Below are positions 29,930 through 44,839 of a stretch of 64,000 nucleotides of DNA, one piece after another. The DNA is from the human T2T-CHM13v2.0 reference genome, Homo sapiens. Below the pieces are notes generated by a model that worked only from the letters and a program-made list of their open reading frames with translations, was not told the DNA's origin and made no database searches. Each line of letters starts with the position of its first letter. Position 1 is the stretch's first letter. Position numbers and translations under genes: made by a program. The stretch lies in assembly GCF_009914755.1 (NCBI RefSeq), contig NC_060928.1; one strand, written 5' to 3'.

Positions 29930-30549
29930 GCTTCTAATAAGAAAACTACATTTCTTATCTTTCTTATATCTAGGTAAAGTGTCCCCCCATTCCCTGTTTT
30001 GGGTGCCTGAAAGACACTCTCTTTGTTTTTTTATTTTCTTTAGTTAGACTATAATATGATGAGCTGCAGGCTTTGCTGTTGTTGTTGTTGTTGTTTGTTT
30101 TGTTTTGTTTTAATATTTATCCACTTGGTGTTCTGAACGTTTTGGATCTATGTTTTGATATTTGTTAGTATTTTTGGAAAAAAAATAGAGGCCTTTATTT
30201 CTTTAAATATTATGTTTTCCTTGTTGATTTATTTATTCTCTTTTTGATATTGTAATTAGGTGTATGTTATACTGTTTGGTATTATTCCATAGTTCTTGAA
30301 TGCTCTGTTCTGTTCTTTTATTTTTTTTGTCTGCATTTTAGCTTGAATCATTTCCATTCATTTATATTCAAGTTAAATTAATTCTTTCTTATCCATGCTA
30401 AATTTACTGATGAACCCGCAGAAGGCATTCTTCATTTCTCCGCTTTTTATTTCTAGCACTTTCTTTGGATTTTGACATTATCTATCTGGTTTTGTTATGT
30501 TTTCTGTTCATTTCAACTAAAGGCTCAACATATTAATGGTATTTATTCT

Positions 30550-31011
30550 TATTGACCCAAAGGAAGAGGCTGAGGCACAAAATATAATTTTAAAGAGTTT
30601 ACTTGAACCAAAGTGAAGACAGCTGCCCACGACACACTTCCAGGTTGCTTTGGGGAGTGCTCTTTTCAGCCTTTTTTGCAAGCAGGTTTTTAAAGGCAAA
30701 AAGAAACCAGGAGTGGGCCGATACAAAGTTGTTTGACAGGGATTCTCATTGGCTTACGGAGGTAATATTGATTAGTGATTGGCTATACCCTGTTTTACTA
30801 TAGGGTATGAGTTATGGTGTCTAGCACATGGCATTCTATGACTGCTTGGTATCAGTTAGTCTAGAGCCCATGTAGCAAGGGGCTTCAGGAGGTAATTACT
30901 TAGCTCAAGGTGGTTGTAGGACATCACTGCTGTCACATTTCAATGCTTCTCTGGGATGGATAATTTAAAGGGGCTTGCATTCTCCAGATAAAAAGTTGTC
31001 TTTTTTTCTTA
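30550..31011 (-). mobile_element. ERV1/MER4-group-like solo LTR (subfamily uncertain)
   Basis: 462-bp block richer in G+C than its flanks; 4-bp TSD ttct at 30546-30549 and 31012-31015; cattggc and gattggc (reverse CCAAT boxes). Confidence 0.7.
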
Positions 31012-33014
31012 TTCTAAACTCCTTGGTAATTCCAATGTATGTGTCATATTTGAACTTGGTTTGGTTTATTGCTTTGTTTCTTCAGACTGTTTGGTTTTTA
31101 CTTTTTGGTATGTTTTGTGTGTTTCTTTCATTGAAAGTCAGTTGTGTTGTAGATAATTAAATTAATAGGACTTTAGTATGAGGAAATATGCTCATCTGGC
31201 TGTGAGTTGTGTTGTGTTGTGTTATAACAATGAGAACAAGCGGCTTCAAACTCCCCTTGTTATTTTGTTTTCCTTTGTACTATTTTCTTTGGAGCTTCCC
31301 TATGAGCTGCACTTCAGGAGAAGTCTCTTACAACTCTCTTCTCACTATAATTCACTGTGACTATTACTAGAGTTTTATTTTTATTAATGTGGTAGTATGG
31401 TGTGAGGGAGGGTTGTTCTCTAGTCTTTGAATTGTGTGGCAATCTTTAACGCACAATGGGCCCACATGTTGAGAGTATGGCCTTTTCAAGTGTTCTGGGG
31501 CTCCTCAAGGTTGAGCTTTATTTCCCTGCTCCTTGGTCTCTTCCCATACTGCAGTGGGTATGCTCCAACATCCCTAGAGCTGTGTTAGTAAAGCCCTGTC
31601 TCTTGCATATTAATATTTTCCCCGCTAGATGAGATAAAGTTGGAAGTGGGAAGAGCAGAGTTTTTTCCTACAATTGAGAGAAGTTTCTACTACTATCCTC
31701 TAGGGATGTCCGAACCCTACAGATTTAGTCTTCTGCTACATAAGAGAGAAAATATTCTGAGTTTTCACAATGGCTACACTTTCCTTCCTCTTGCCAGGAC
31801 CATGACGGGGAGGGAGTAGAGGCTTTCTCCATATTTTTCCCTATTATCCTTGGGAAAGCCTGGCAGAATTCCTACAAACAACAACAAAACAAAAACCAAA
31901 CAAAAACCCTGCAAAACTGCCCCTTGCCCCACTGCCCTGTGACTGTGCCCCGCAGAGACTTTTACTCTCACTCTAGCTCACACTTGTCCTCCAGTAATTA
32001 ATTAAAATATGTAGTTTAATGTTCCTACTGGCTTATATGACTTCTGGCTGCCTCTCTCAATGTAAGGAATGGCCCAGATCTTGGGTTTCCTGGAGATATT
32101 TGCCTCACAAGATGTCAGGATGATGGTTTTCTCTGTGACTTCACTTCTCTAAAGAAAAGTTGTTGCTTTTCAGTGTGTCTATCTTCTTCTTCTTGTGAGA
32201 ATGGGAATGAGGATTCCCAAGTTCTTTCCTCTCTACACCGAAACCAGAGCCTCTGTGTGATATTTCAATTAAACACCACCAACAAATGGATAATGATGAA
32301 CTGTTTGGGCATTATCATCAAAAAAGGAGTAATTCTATCATATAATTTAACAGCTTTTCACTTTAGTTAATGGAACAAGAAGTGGTATTATTTTCTTCTT
32401 TCTACTGTTGGCCATTCTTTCTTAATTTCCCATAACAAACAGATTATTTGTAATGAATTTCATACAGAACATTTGAAAGCGTAAGTATGTTTAACTAAAT
32501 TTCAAAACCTTGTTGAAAATACACTGTAAAAACAATATAGATATTTAGATGACCCGAAAATGAAGAAATGAAGAAAGTCACATAAGCATTCAAAGTATAA
32601 TTGTCAACCTAATGAGACTGAAGTTTGCATTTGTCTCTAAACTTCCAGAAGGCAAGAAAATAACAAGTGAGGTAAACATGATCAATTATCTAGTGTTCTT
32701 CAGAAAGTCTTCAGAGAAACAAAAACTTTTCAGTACTAAATTGCACAAGTTTATCAGTTGTAAATATTTATAAGAAAGATGATAAAATAAAGTGTCCTCA
32801 ACAATGTGACAATGAATTTTACAGTTCTATTAATTCTTAAAACCTTAGAGAAATGTCAAAAACCAAATATAAATGATATTCACAGTCATAGATAATAATG
32901 AAGATACCTCCAAGTAAACTAATATGGGCCAAGTATATACAATTTTCATTATTCATTTTGATCGCAGAATGGAATTGATAAAATCTACAGAAGGAGGTGT
33001 TGCATATTGCATAT

Positions 33015-33511
33015 TGCAGTAGCCCAGTTCCAGGATAACTCCCAAAGATCCCCTACTTTTGGTATGCACAACATTGTGTAGTCCTCTTTCACTTGTATTA
33101 GGTTTGGTCTGTATGATCAATAGACTATGGCAGAAGTGTTGGTTTGTGGCTTCTGAGACTCAAATATAAAAGGCCTTGTGACTTTCTCAATGTTTCTTTT
33201 CTTTTGGATGATTTGCTCTGAGGAAAAGCAGCTGTCACATCATAGAGCACTCAAGCATTCTTGTGTAGAGAGCCACATGGCAAGGAACTGGGGACTTCTG
33301 GCAACGACCCATCTTGGAAGAGACTCTTTTATCCCCAAATAAGTGTTCAGATGACTTCAGTAGCAGCCATCATCTTGACAACAACCTCATTAGAGTATCT
33401 GAGACAGAACCACCCAGCTAAGCCACTGCCAAATTCCAAACCCTCAAAAACAGTGTTGTTTTCAGCTAAGTTTTGGAGTAATCGGATATACAGTGATAGA
33501 TAACTAACTCA
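33015..33511 (+). mobile_element. MLT1E/F-like solo LTR
   Basis: agagccacatggcaaggaactg...cagaaccacccagctaagcca...gatagataactaa. Confidence 0.8.
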
Positions 33512-34235
33512 TCTTCCTTTTAGCAAGTCTTTCCTAAATTTCACTTGTCTCATCTAGATTTGGAACAGGAACTGAAGAACAGCATATGGTGGGACTTCTG
33601 AAAAACTGCTTTTTGGCATTGTTTTTATTCTAAAATGTTGGTTAAATGCAGTATATTTTGCTTTCAAAACAAGATCTTATAACAGTTTAAAAACTTCACT
33701 AACTCTTGCTGAAACTAAAGATTATCAAAACAACCACACAAAGGTGAATTATGTTCATTAATTTTATATATATTTATTTATACCCTGCTCTTTCCAAGGC
33801 GTTGTGTAGGTCATATGGGCGTACAGACTTACCTTCCTCTTGTGTGGAATAGATCTGTGCCTGTTGTACCTTATATATATATTCTCAGTTGAGTAATTAG
33901 GGGCATTACTTCCAAAATATGGACAATAAAATATTGGGCTTAGAAATTTTTAGTTGCTTTTACAACATTGGAAAAACAAAATCAATACATCTTTCATGGA
34001 ATATCTGATTTTAAATAACTTGGTTTCTTAGTGTTCCTGCCAGGATTAATTATGAACAAACTATTCCTCTTTATACCTGAATTAATTGACTTGTTATGAA
34101 GTAATTTGATATAAACCTGCTGATCTTAAAGAAGTACCTATCATGTTTATTTAAGAATAAAAATTCATTGATTAAGTCCCTATTGTTGGTCATGTAATTT
34201 ATATAAAAATTTCAATTAAAAAAATGAGGAAGAGA

Positions 34236-34539
<304 letters not shown>

Positions 34540-35744
34540 GAGGAAGAGAAAGAAAATGTGTTTGGAGACTTTTTAATGAACGAAAGTTAGCTATGTTCTG
34601 ATTCTCAGAAATAGTTTATAAAATGAAAATGTGTAGTGGTAGTTTCTGATAGCCTCTATTATTCTTCAGGTAGAAGATATTACCTAATGGACGGGAATAA
34701 GTCATTATTTATTTTGAAAATCCATGTCAGTATAGTCAAATATGCAAAGTCACACATTTTCAAAATTAAACACTGAAATTTCTGATATAATCATTGTTCT
34801 CCCAGTGTGCCCATGTGATTACATCCACACACTCATCTGCCCTAGCACCATCTCTAATGTCTGAAGCTGACTGAAAATTATTCATAATTACTTTGTCAAA
34901 TCTGCCATGCTTCACCCAGATAGATGATAGCTACTTAAAAGGAACAGCATCAATGCAGAGAAAACTCAAAAGCACTTCCATAATTTGCCATTACTGGGGC
35001 ATATGATGTTTCAGGTAAGCAAAATTTTTCTGATTATGGAAAATTGGCTTGTTTATCACTGAAAGGGCTACAACTATTTTTTTTTTCTTTGGAGGAGAAC
35101 AGGGAAAAAGTAAAAATGGAGGCTCCCAAACTATTAAATAAAATACATTATATTATTTGCCCGAGAATTAACTCGATAATTACAATTCGAAAAAAAAAAT
35201 ACTTCATGATTTTCTATCATTGAAAGTTGGCAGAATAACAAAGATTACTGAAGGTTATCATTGCACATGTCTTGAGGGTTCTATTAATACTTCAGTAATG
35301 TTTGGACGAATACTAAAGATACATATGTAAGGAAATATTCCATATTTATCTTATAAAATGCACTTTCCTTGGTTTCGGTTTATCAAAATTGCTAATAATG
35401 TTTTTATACTCATTGTTTAGTCTTGAAGCTTTTTATTAGTTTTAATTTTTACAAATTTTGCTTTGTGGAGGCAATAGCAATCAGAATTCTTTTAAAATTT
35501 CTAAAGCATTCCTTAATTCATGGAAGTAAAGCATGGATTTTATAATCAATGTTAACATATTGCAATGTAGTTGCATAAATTACATTTTTAAAAAAATCAC
35601 AGACAATAATGCTGTGAACATCTCAAAACACCATCATAAAAGTTGGCTTAATAGGCAAAGCAGATTATTAGAGTAATTAAATAAAGAAGAATATCACCTT
35701 GACTGAATTTTTGTGTCTCAAAAAGAGTTTAAGAAATATGTATT

Positions 35745-35925
35745 TATACTTATGTCCATATATAAATACATATTTTATCAAATATATATTTACATATTTT
35801 ATGTAATACATATTTTATATGTGAATATATAAATACATATCTATATATGCACAGACGTAGGTATATATAGAGAGAGAAAAAGTGAAAGAGAGAGAGAGAC
35901 AGAGAGACAGAGAAAGAAACAGAGA
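35745..35925. repeat. (TA)-rich low complexity followed by (GA)n
   Basis: Directly visible. Confidence 0.7.
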
Positions 35926-36237
35926 ATTTAGGACTGAACTCAACAGTGTAGAGAAAGTCAGTCAGGAGACTGATTCAGAAATTAGGCTGCTTTGTGACAT
36001 GATAGTTTCATATTTGTGGACATTGCAATGTCATAAGAGTAAACTGTCTATCTCAAAAATAGTTTGAACAGCAAAATTATGTACTAATTTACAGTTTTAT
36101 CCTGTTAAAGAACATATTAGAATAAATAATCACATTGTGTTGACATAGATGGTTGTTGGTATCATTACAAAATGTTTCAATGTAATTATATAAGTGACTA
36201 TCACATAGATCATAAATCTTACCGTCTTATAAAAAAT

Positions 36238-36296
36238 CTATCATCTATCTATCTATCTATCTATCATCTATCTATCATCTATCTATCTATCTATCT
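36238..36296. repeat. Interrupted (TCTA)n tetranucleotide STR
   Basis: Directly visible, with TCA interruptions. Confidence 0.9.
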
Positions 36297-39200
36297 CTAC
36301 TGGTTCTTCAATTATACTCTTAACATTTTTATTGCCAAATTTTTACAGTGAAAACTAATTTCTAGAATAAAACTATTGCAGAGTAATTTTGTGATTATTT
36401 TTACATGAATCTTCCTCTTCATAGTCATGCAGATTGTTTTAGTGTTCTTGTAAATTATCACTTTTGTTGCATATATGTTATGCTCAGAGTTTTTTAATTA
36501 AGGGAAATGTCTTTAAATGTTTTAAAATTATGTTTTAATCATTTAAAGTTAAATAATAACTTTATTTATTCACAAATTTTCTAATAAACAGTGTGAGTAG
36601 AAAGTAAGTGTTGATACCAAACAACTACAACAGAGAAAATGTTAAATTAATTTCATGTTTTGGCGAAATACCACAATTAGGGTTAGCTCTTTGAGGATTT
36701 TCTGTGGGATTTGAATGGGATCTTCCCTCTCAACTTGTCTCGTGCATCTTTTATCTAGTCTAAATGAAGCCTAATTGCTTGAACAGAATTTAGATAGGAC
36801 TACCATAATGTTTCCAAGAATGATTATTATGTCAGATTCAATGCATGTTTTTTCAAGTTGTCTCACTTTTAAATACAAAGATGCAAGTTGAAATTAAAAT
36901 TTGCAGTCTCTAAATAGTAAAGAATTTTATTACTAAGTATAGATGAAGTACAAAAAAGTACTCTAGATTTTTTAGCAAACTTTGATGCTTATTGTTTTGT
37001 TTTGTTTTCTTTCTATTTTTCCTAGAACAACCACAGTGGTAACATTTTTATAAGCTTGCTCTCAAAAAACTTTTGTATTAATTTCAAAAATTAAGCGTTC
37101 TTGTTTCAATTCTTCACTTGAGTCAAAACTTATACATTTTAAAACCTTATTTTCATATTTTCTTTTAATAGTTCAACAATCTACAAAATAAATATTTGCT
37201 GTTCAACAGGTTTTTACCCTGATATCATCTAATTAAAGTGAATAATATTATGTTTAAATTCTTATGGTTGACTTTTATCTTAGTATATGGACTGATAAAT
37301 TAATAATATCATTTTGGCTTCAGCCTAGAAAGTGATTGTATTAAAATTTTCATGTTTATTCCATGTGTTCATTTATTCTAGTATCAATTTCAAAATTATT
37401 TTAAGTAAAGCCAATTTTTCTATTGTTTCTGTATACGTATATTGCTTCTAGTAACACCAAAATATAAATATAAAAGAAACTGTATTTTAAAATAAAGTTA
37501 CAATTATAATTTATAAGGGTACCACTCTGTCTTTGATAAATTCTGTTAATGGTTTGGAGTTTACATTAGCATTTTTTCAAACCTAGAATTTCATGACTGC
37601 TGATTTGTACACAAGTAACATTTCATAATTAACAATTAAATATTTTATAATTTGAAGTTACAGAAATTACATCTGACCTGTTTAAGTTGTGAATTTGATG
37701 AGAATAATTTTCTTGCTAATTTTCTTTGTTTTGATCCATAATTAAATCTTCATTAAATCAAGGATTTATAATATCTTGATTGCAAATTTTATGTGAGTGA
37801 TGTTGGAGAGAAATCTGCTCACTTTGTCTCCAGATTTTAAAATGTAAGCATGCTGTGTTTCAAAGTTTCCTTTTTTAGCTTTGCAGTTTTTAAAAATAAA
37901 CTAAATTTCTATCTTTCATTCCTTATCTTATTCTAACTTACACTAGCTCTGAATAACAATCTAAATAAAGTAAAAAATAAAAAAAATTGTATTCAGAGTA
38001 CATGAAATTTAAATATCCACTTATCACTAAGGCAGTGCAAAATTAAATAGTAAAATCATTTTTCATACATTTCTAAAGCAACTTATTTCTTTTCTAAAAT
38101 GTTAAAAATTTCTAAGATATCCAAATGTATACAAATTATGATTAATATCAAAACATTAAATAAAACTTTAAAAATCAGAAAATTATAATTTACATAATAA
38201 AAAAATTAATGAAAATATATTATTTTTAGAAATTAAAATTATTGGGTTAATCTGCCACTAAATGGTACTTCATGAACTAAAAAATTATATGTAGTGCATT
38301 CTATATGTTATATCTAGCCTTCTATTATAAAAACTTCAAAGAAATATTAATTATTTATTAGAAAATGTTTCTTAGCTGCTATGTTCATCTAATATCAGTG
38401 TGGTGTGAATTCATGATCACCTCTCTTAGGACAAACTGGAACAAAAAAAAGAAGCAAGAAAATGGACACAGCACCACTGACAAAAGATTCTTTCCTGTGC
38501 AAAAGTCCATTGCACTAACACATATCTGAAAAAAAATGATTTGATAAAGAATTTTCTATAAATAAGTGCTTGTGCTGCTTAAGTCCTCCCTACGCTTCAA
38601 AGCAATGCTATCTCCAGCACCGGCAGTGCCACTGCACTCAGACTTTCACTCACTCTGTTGCTTTTAGTCCTAGGGAAATTGAAGAAAACAAGCCTTTCCC
38701 TGAGGCTTGAACCTTGCTAATCACGAAAATGAATGTCTAGGATGGGGGCTACAAGTGTCAGTGTTGAGATAGATGTCAAGGGACAGAAGTGCCAGAAGTT
38801 CCATAAAGGATTTTGTAGTAAGTCACTTTGGAATTTGTAAAACCTGGGCCCAGGACGAGGGTTTTCTTGATGGAATCATACTGTGTCCTGCTACTAAAAC
38901 TGCATTTAATTTTCAATAATATGCATTTTCATGGGAAAATATTTTAGAATATTTACTATAAAAATTCTTGTTAAGACACTTTTTTTTTGTGGCTGAAGTC
39001 TGGTTATGTATAAACCAATTGCAATGAGTAAATTAATATAATTTTTCTTAAATTAAATATAATAAGATATATCAAGTGTAGAGAGACATGTTATAATAAA
39101 ACAAAAATTGAAGATCTAAAATTAGATTTTTCTGAGTTTGTGTTTCCATACCAGCATTTCAGGACACTTGTACTTTTCCCTTCAACTAGACTGTCATGCT

Positions 39201-39589
39201 GGGCACACCTCCAATGGGGGGTCACTGGGTTGCCTGTGGCGTTCTTCTCTTCTTCTCTCACTGACCTGAACTCCTGGGTTTTTGGACCTTTTCTTTTCTT
39301 TCCCCAGGAATCCTTATCTTCATCTTGGCTTCTGGTTCAAGTTTTCAGACAACAGATTTAATCTAATGTTTTCTTCAAGAAACCTGGAGTACAGCAGCAA
39401 AACATGCAGGAAAATCTCTTTTGGTTTAGCCCCACAGTAAAACAAATCCTGGCTGTTTATTTTTATTGCACTGAAGCAATACATATTATTTCAAATTTCT
39501 ATTATTATTTGTAAAGGGTTGCATTATAAAGACTCTTTAAAGAGTCTTCAATTTTTCTGTGATATCGAAGAATCTTTCCTATTATCTTG

Positions 39590-39810
39590 GCTGATTTTAG
39601 ACCAGAGTCCTTGGAAACTAGTGGTGAAATGCCATACCTCAGAAAGGAGTTAGGGCTGGGGGAAAAAATGTATTTATTTAAATACACCCCCGCCAACACA
39701 CACATATATATGAAGTTTAGTTACACTTACCTAGCAGAGTTGTTGAGAACAATAGAAACAATGTCTGCTAAACACCTTGCATAAAGTACGTATTTAACAA
39801 TTTGTGGCTA
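39590..39810 (+). mobile_element. MIR relic
   Basis: cttacctagcagagttgttgagaac...ccttgcataaagtacgtatttaacaa. Confidence 0.45.
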
Positions 39811-41909
39811 TGATTCTATGTGAAGAGAAGTTTTACTTTAAGAAGCAGAATCACACTAATGAACATTAATTATTACACTGTAGTATCTTAAAGTTTAGTT
39901 TTTCTTTCACAAAGTAATATTTATAAAATACTGTGTCTAATTTGATATGGTTCCTTTCTTCTGCTGCCAACTATCAGTTTCATTTTTCCAGCTTCCAATC
40001 TGTATTTTTTAATGTGATGAAAATTGAAACAAATATAATCAAAATTTTACTTTGTATAACATCTAATTAAATTGAGCTTTAAAGAAAATATCAGGTCCAG
40101 ACTAAATTTATTTGATGTGGTAAGCTAACATTGATGACAGCAATCTTGAAAATTGATGAGGAGATTCATGGTTATGTATAGGTTTAGACTGAGAGCGTGA
40201 CAAGGAATTCACACATCCACCAAGGGCTCAAAGAAAGGAAATTCTGGCAAAGTTACACTTGTTAGGTATATAACCTAAATTTACACCCCATTGGGCTACA
40301 TGATTGATATTTTGGACTTTGTATCAATCACAAATCTCAATGACTAAAAGCAATGCATTATTTCTTTCTTTGATACATGATAATTGTGAGTTGGTGAGGT
40401 GTCATGGCCGTCTCTGTTCAAGTTTAATCAGGAACTGATGTCTCTGTGGCAAGAGTAAGAGTGTATTATCACGTGCTTTCTCTCAAAGACTTCTACCTAA
40501 AAATGACAAGTTACTTTTTCCCTCATACTTCATTGGCTCAACTGATAGGGATTAACTTGAAGGAGTTGGGGAGCTCATCATATGCCAAAAGAGAGGAGGA
40601 AGGAGAATATGGGCAAATGACTTCTAATATCTACATTATGGCACAACGGCATCCTGACATCATTGTGGCTTTTCAAATAAATTTTTTTTGAACTTTTATC
40701 AGGTGGCTGTGGTTATCAGAAGTTTGTTATTTAGAACATTTTTATATTTTATTTTTATATTTTATTGTTAAATAAACAGTGAACCATTTTTGTATTTCAT
40801 TGTTAAATCAAATTATTAAAAATTAAAGTAAAATTTTAGATTGATTTTTCCATTTTCCAACTCATTAAAAAGTCAGACGTATGAAATTATTGAATCTATT
40901 TTCAGCATTTCAGCAAGTATAGGAAAAATAATACCTTCATACCCAGAAAATAACTATTAGTATTAGTGTAATTTTTTCTAACTGCCACTTCTTCCATGCC
41001 ATGTTTCAATAACAATAATCTATTTCAATTGTCTTATTTTTTTCATTTAAAATTGGAACTGCCAAAAAGATAGTCAAATGAATTTATCTTACAAAAGAAA
41101 AAATAAAATAATGTTTGGAATTCATAGCAGTAGAAGGAAAAATATTTTGTTCTTACACAGTTTTAAATAGTGTATTATTTTTCCAATCAAACTTCAAAAG
41201 AAAATCAGTTATATTAACTTATAATTATATAATCAATATAATGTTTTATAGAATAATTTTATAAACTTGAAGATTTATTTTCTCCTTTGAAACCAGCAAG
41301 AAGGGAGTTAATAATATATTAAATGTACACAGGAAATGGTACTTCTAGTAAACTTAGGTAGGTCACAGAACTGAAAATTACTTTCGTATTTAACTTTTTG
41401 CTGTTTTGAATCTCAATGTGGCTTTCTGTGTGTGAGTAGGGCATGAGGAATGTGGAAAGATGGATATATCATCAAAAACAAGGTTTCTTAATAATTTCAT
41501 ACATTGCATATTACTATAGTAAATAACAGATTGATTTGGGCATTTTAATTACTGAATATTATGAATATTACCAACTTTTGAATACTGCATATATCATTAG
41601 ATAATGATGTTTCTAGACTCTTTCATAGAGGATTGGCAGATAAAGTGAAGGTGACTACAATGAGCTATTCAATTTATCATTCAGGGTTTTTGACCTGTCC
41701 AGATCCATTGTAATTGTGAATTAACAGTAATTATGCAAACAAAAGTATTTTAAACCATTTGTGTGATAGGTGTTTTTTCTTTTTTCCTTTCTTAGAAAAA
41801 TCAGAAATATTTAGATAAAATATCTTTCATCCTCTGACAGTATGAGATAGACACTTGGCGAATCAGGATATAGGAAACCAGAAGTAATGCAGATTGAAAT
41901 TAAGCTAAC

Positions 41910-42270
41910 ACCTATCTTCTGAATGTCTGTGTGTCCCCAAAATTCCTATGTTGAAACCTAATCCTCAATGTGGTGGTATTACAAGTTGGGCCTTCAGGAG
42001 GTCATGAGGGTGGGGACCTCATTAATGAAATTTGTTTTCATATGAGGAGCTGAAAAGACTGGGGTCCTTTCCTTTCATCATGTGAGAACACAGAGAAAAG
42101 GTGACTATTTATAAACCAGGAAGCAGGTGCAGTGTTCATCAGACACCAAACCTGCTGGTACCTTGGTCTTGGACTTCCCAACCTCCAGAATTATGAGAAA
42201 TAAATTTCTATTTTTCATAAGCTACTTACTTTATGGTACTGTGTTATAGTAGTCCAAATAGACTAAGACA
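41910..42270 (+). mobile_element. MLT1A/A0 solo LTR
   Basis: ccccaaaattcctatgttgaaaccta...gactaagaca; TSD ctaac at 41905-41909 and 42271-42275. Confidence 0.88.
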
Positions 42271-42789
42271 CTAACCCAATATGAATCAACCTGTAGGCAT
42301 CTCTGCTGTATATTATCAAAGTTATTAAGATATACTGGGGTCATTTTTGGCACTACTTAGTTGCATATATAATTATGTCTTCTTCTCATTTGATAACTAC
42401 ACAGTGCCATTAAACATATTTGCTTTAGACAAAAATTAATAGTTTTTATGTGCAGAGTTGTTTATATTATCACATCATTTACTCTTCATTGTAAATGTCC
42501 CTGCAAAGTAGTTGTCAATATACCTAATTATAATGATGAATAGTAAATTACTCAGGGAGCTTACATGGCTTTCTTAGAACCTCCAAGCTAGTCATCATGA
42601 ATTTAGATTAAATTATTAGACTACAAAACACATTCTTTTTCTGCTATACCCTACTGAATATTTGGTAGATTAGACTAAAGACAAACAAATTAAAGAGTTT
42701 AAAAAGAATTTCTTTTCTTGTTACTCCGAGTAAATGGAATGCATTTCTTATTTTAACATTGTGGTCATGGATATATTTCTATTTTATTA

Positions 42790-43315
42790 TAATTATTCAG
42801 ACAGATTTTATATTCCAATAATGTCCACAATATCTCGTATCCCACATGCTCTTCTACCAGCATGACTTAAACACTTTTCTCATTGACAGGTAGGGTCTAG
42901 ATTTCCTCCTATCAAATCTGAGAGGGGTTGTGACTTTGAATAAAGTGATGCTATGTCATTTCCACATTTAAGTCAGGAAAGGCAATACAGCTTCCACTTG
43001 ATTCTCATGAGATGCTTGCTCTTGAAATCTGGCCACTAAGCACTTTCTGGGTAAGCCAAGCTGTGGGGAGGAGCCAGAGCCCACAGCCCCTGCTAAGCTC
43101 CCAACTGAGAGCCAACCCCAGCTTGCCAGCCACATCAAGGAGCCACTTTGGAAGTGATTCCTCCAGCCTCTAGTTTAGCCACAGTGACTGGCACCTTTTA
43201 GAGAAGAGATAATTGTCATTTTTGAACTCTGCTGATATTGAATATTTGTGAGAAGAATAAATTATTGTTTCAGACACTAAGCTATGGGATGATTTGTTAT
43301 GCAGCCGTAGATAGG
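42790..43315 (+). mobile_element. MLT1G-like solo LTR
   Basis: cccacatgctcttct...aaggcaatacagcttccac...gatttgttatgcagc. Confidence 0.75.
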
Positions 43316-44839
43316 AAGTTATCTAAGGTACAATTTTCTCTAAGGAAGGTTTAACAATTTCTATCTTTAAGGTAAAACAACAAAATTATTTAATGAGTAT
43401 TCATAAGGGTTTTTTATTTGCTTGCACTCATAACTATTCATCTACGATGGGACTGCCTTTTGTCTAAACTACTGTAAAATAAAATATATCTAACAATGGA
43501 TCATTACCTCATTACCTCATTAAAAGCAGCTCTCTTATTGAAGAAGAATACATTTTAAAAGACAGCATTTTCATAAGAGAAATGTTTTTAAACCTCTGAT
43601 TTGGCAGGAAAATTCAAAGCTTAAAAGCATTGGTTGTATTTTTGAAGCACTTTTTATATTAATTGTTAGAAAATGCCAAAGTCCCTTGTGGTACACAAGG
43701 CAAAACAAGCTGATTAAGAGGCTTAGTATTATTTTTAAATTACTTAATTGCCATTTAATGAAATAGGGAGCTCCAACTTCCACGCTACCTAATAAAATGG
43801 TTCCCCTGCAAGGAATGAATTGCTGGTTGCATTGACCTTGCAGAGCAAGCTGGGCTTAGAAAAGCCACATAATACATTTCTACAATGATGGTATAGGGAC
43901 TGAAAGCCATATTACTGGAAATGTGCATGTTAGCATTTATATCCCTTTTATAATTGCTGAAATGATGGCCAACATACATTAAGAAATGTCTGGGTATTCC
44001 ACTGGGTGCCCTGACTGCCGTCAAACCACACATATGAACACCTCTTAATTGCCAAAGTAATTTCTAAAGAACTAAAAACACAGTTCATTTGCTTTTCCAC
44101 CCTGCCCTTGGGAACCTGCAATTTTGCTTCATTACAACCACTCAACCTTTAGCCCTCATCCACTTCAGAAAGGTTTGCAGTGTTTTATGTACAATAAACC
44201 AGCATCCTTATGCAGCCATGCACAATTCCATTATGTTTGTTAGCACCACTATTTTTAAGTTTAGAATTAGCTAAGTTCAAAGACAGAAATTTAGTTATAT
44301 CGATGCATGTTTATAAGATGTGCCTACTTGGAATACAAGTGTGTCCCCTTTCACTTAGTAAGACAACTGCATATTTGGGAAGAAAGACTAAGTTACCATC
44401 TGTTTTGTTTACTGCTTTGTCTCATGACACCAATTAGCTGGATAAGAAAAAGGAATTTGAGGAATGCACACTGTATATCAGATTTCCTGTAACTACTCCC
44501 AAACACTAATTTGTATGGTAAATTTACTTATCTTTATCCATACCTACACACACATACACCATCATGTATATATGTAGCTATATATGAATATACACATACA
44601 TACACACAAACCATTAGTAAATTTTAGTAAATTATTAGTGTGTGTGTATATTTATCATACATATAACAATTATATACACATCTTTTGCTTGTGATCAGTT
44701 TTTGTATCGTTTTTTATGTTCATCTTATATTTACTTTCTTTCTTCACTTTTCTCACATTATCCACATTGTTTACTTTTTGCTTTTGTCTTGTAGCCTGAT
44801 ATCTGTCACTGTCTAAATCACCTCCTACCTGTATATATT

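Larger units (their letters stand above)
27957..32255 (-). mobile_element. Old L1M 5'/ORF1-region relic hosting three nested LTRs
   Basis: T-rich L1M motifs tgaagtctattttgtc, tgaagaatatttgttgaatatagaattctg, ggcattcttcatttctc; resumes across each LTR TSD. Confidence 0.65.
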
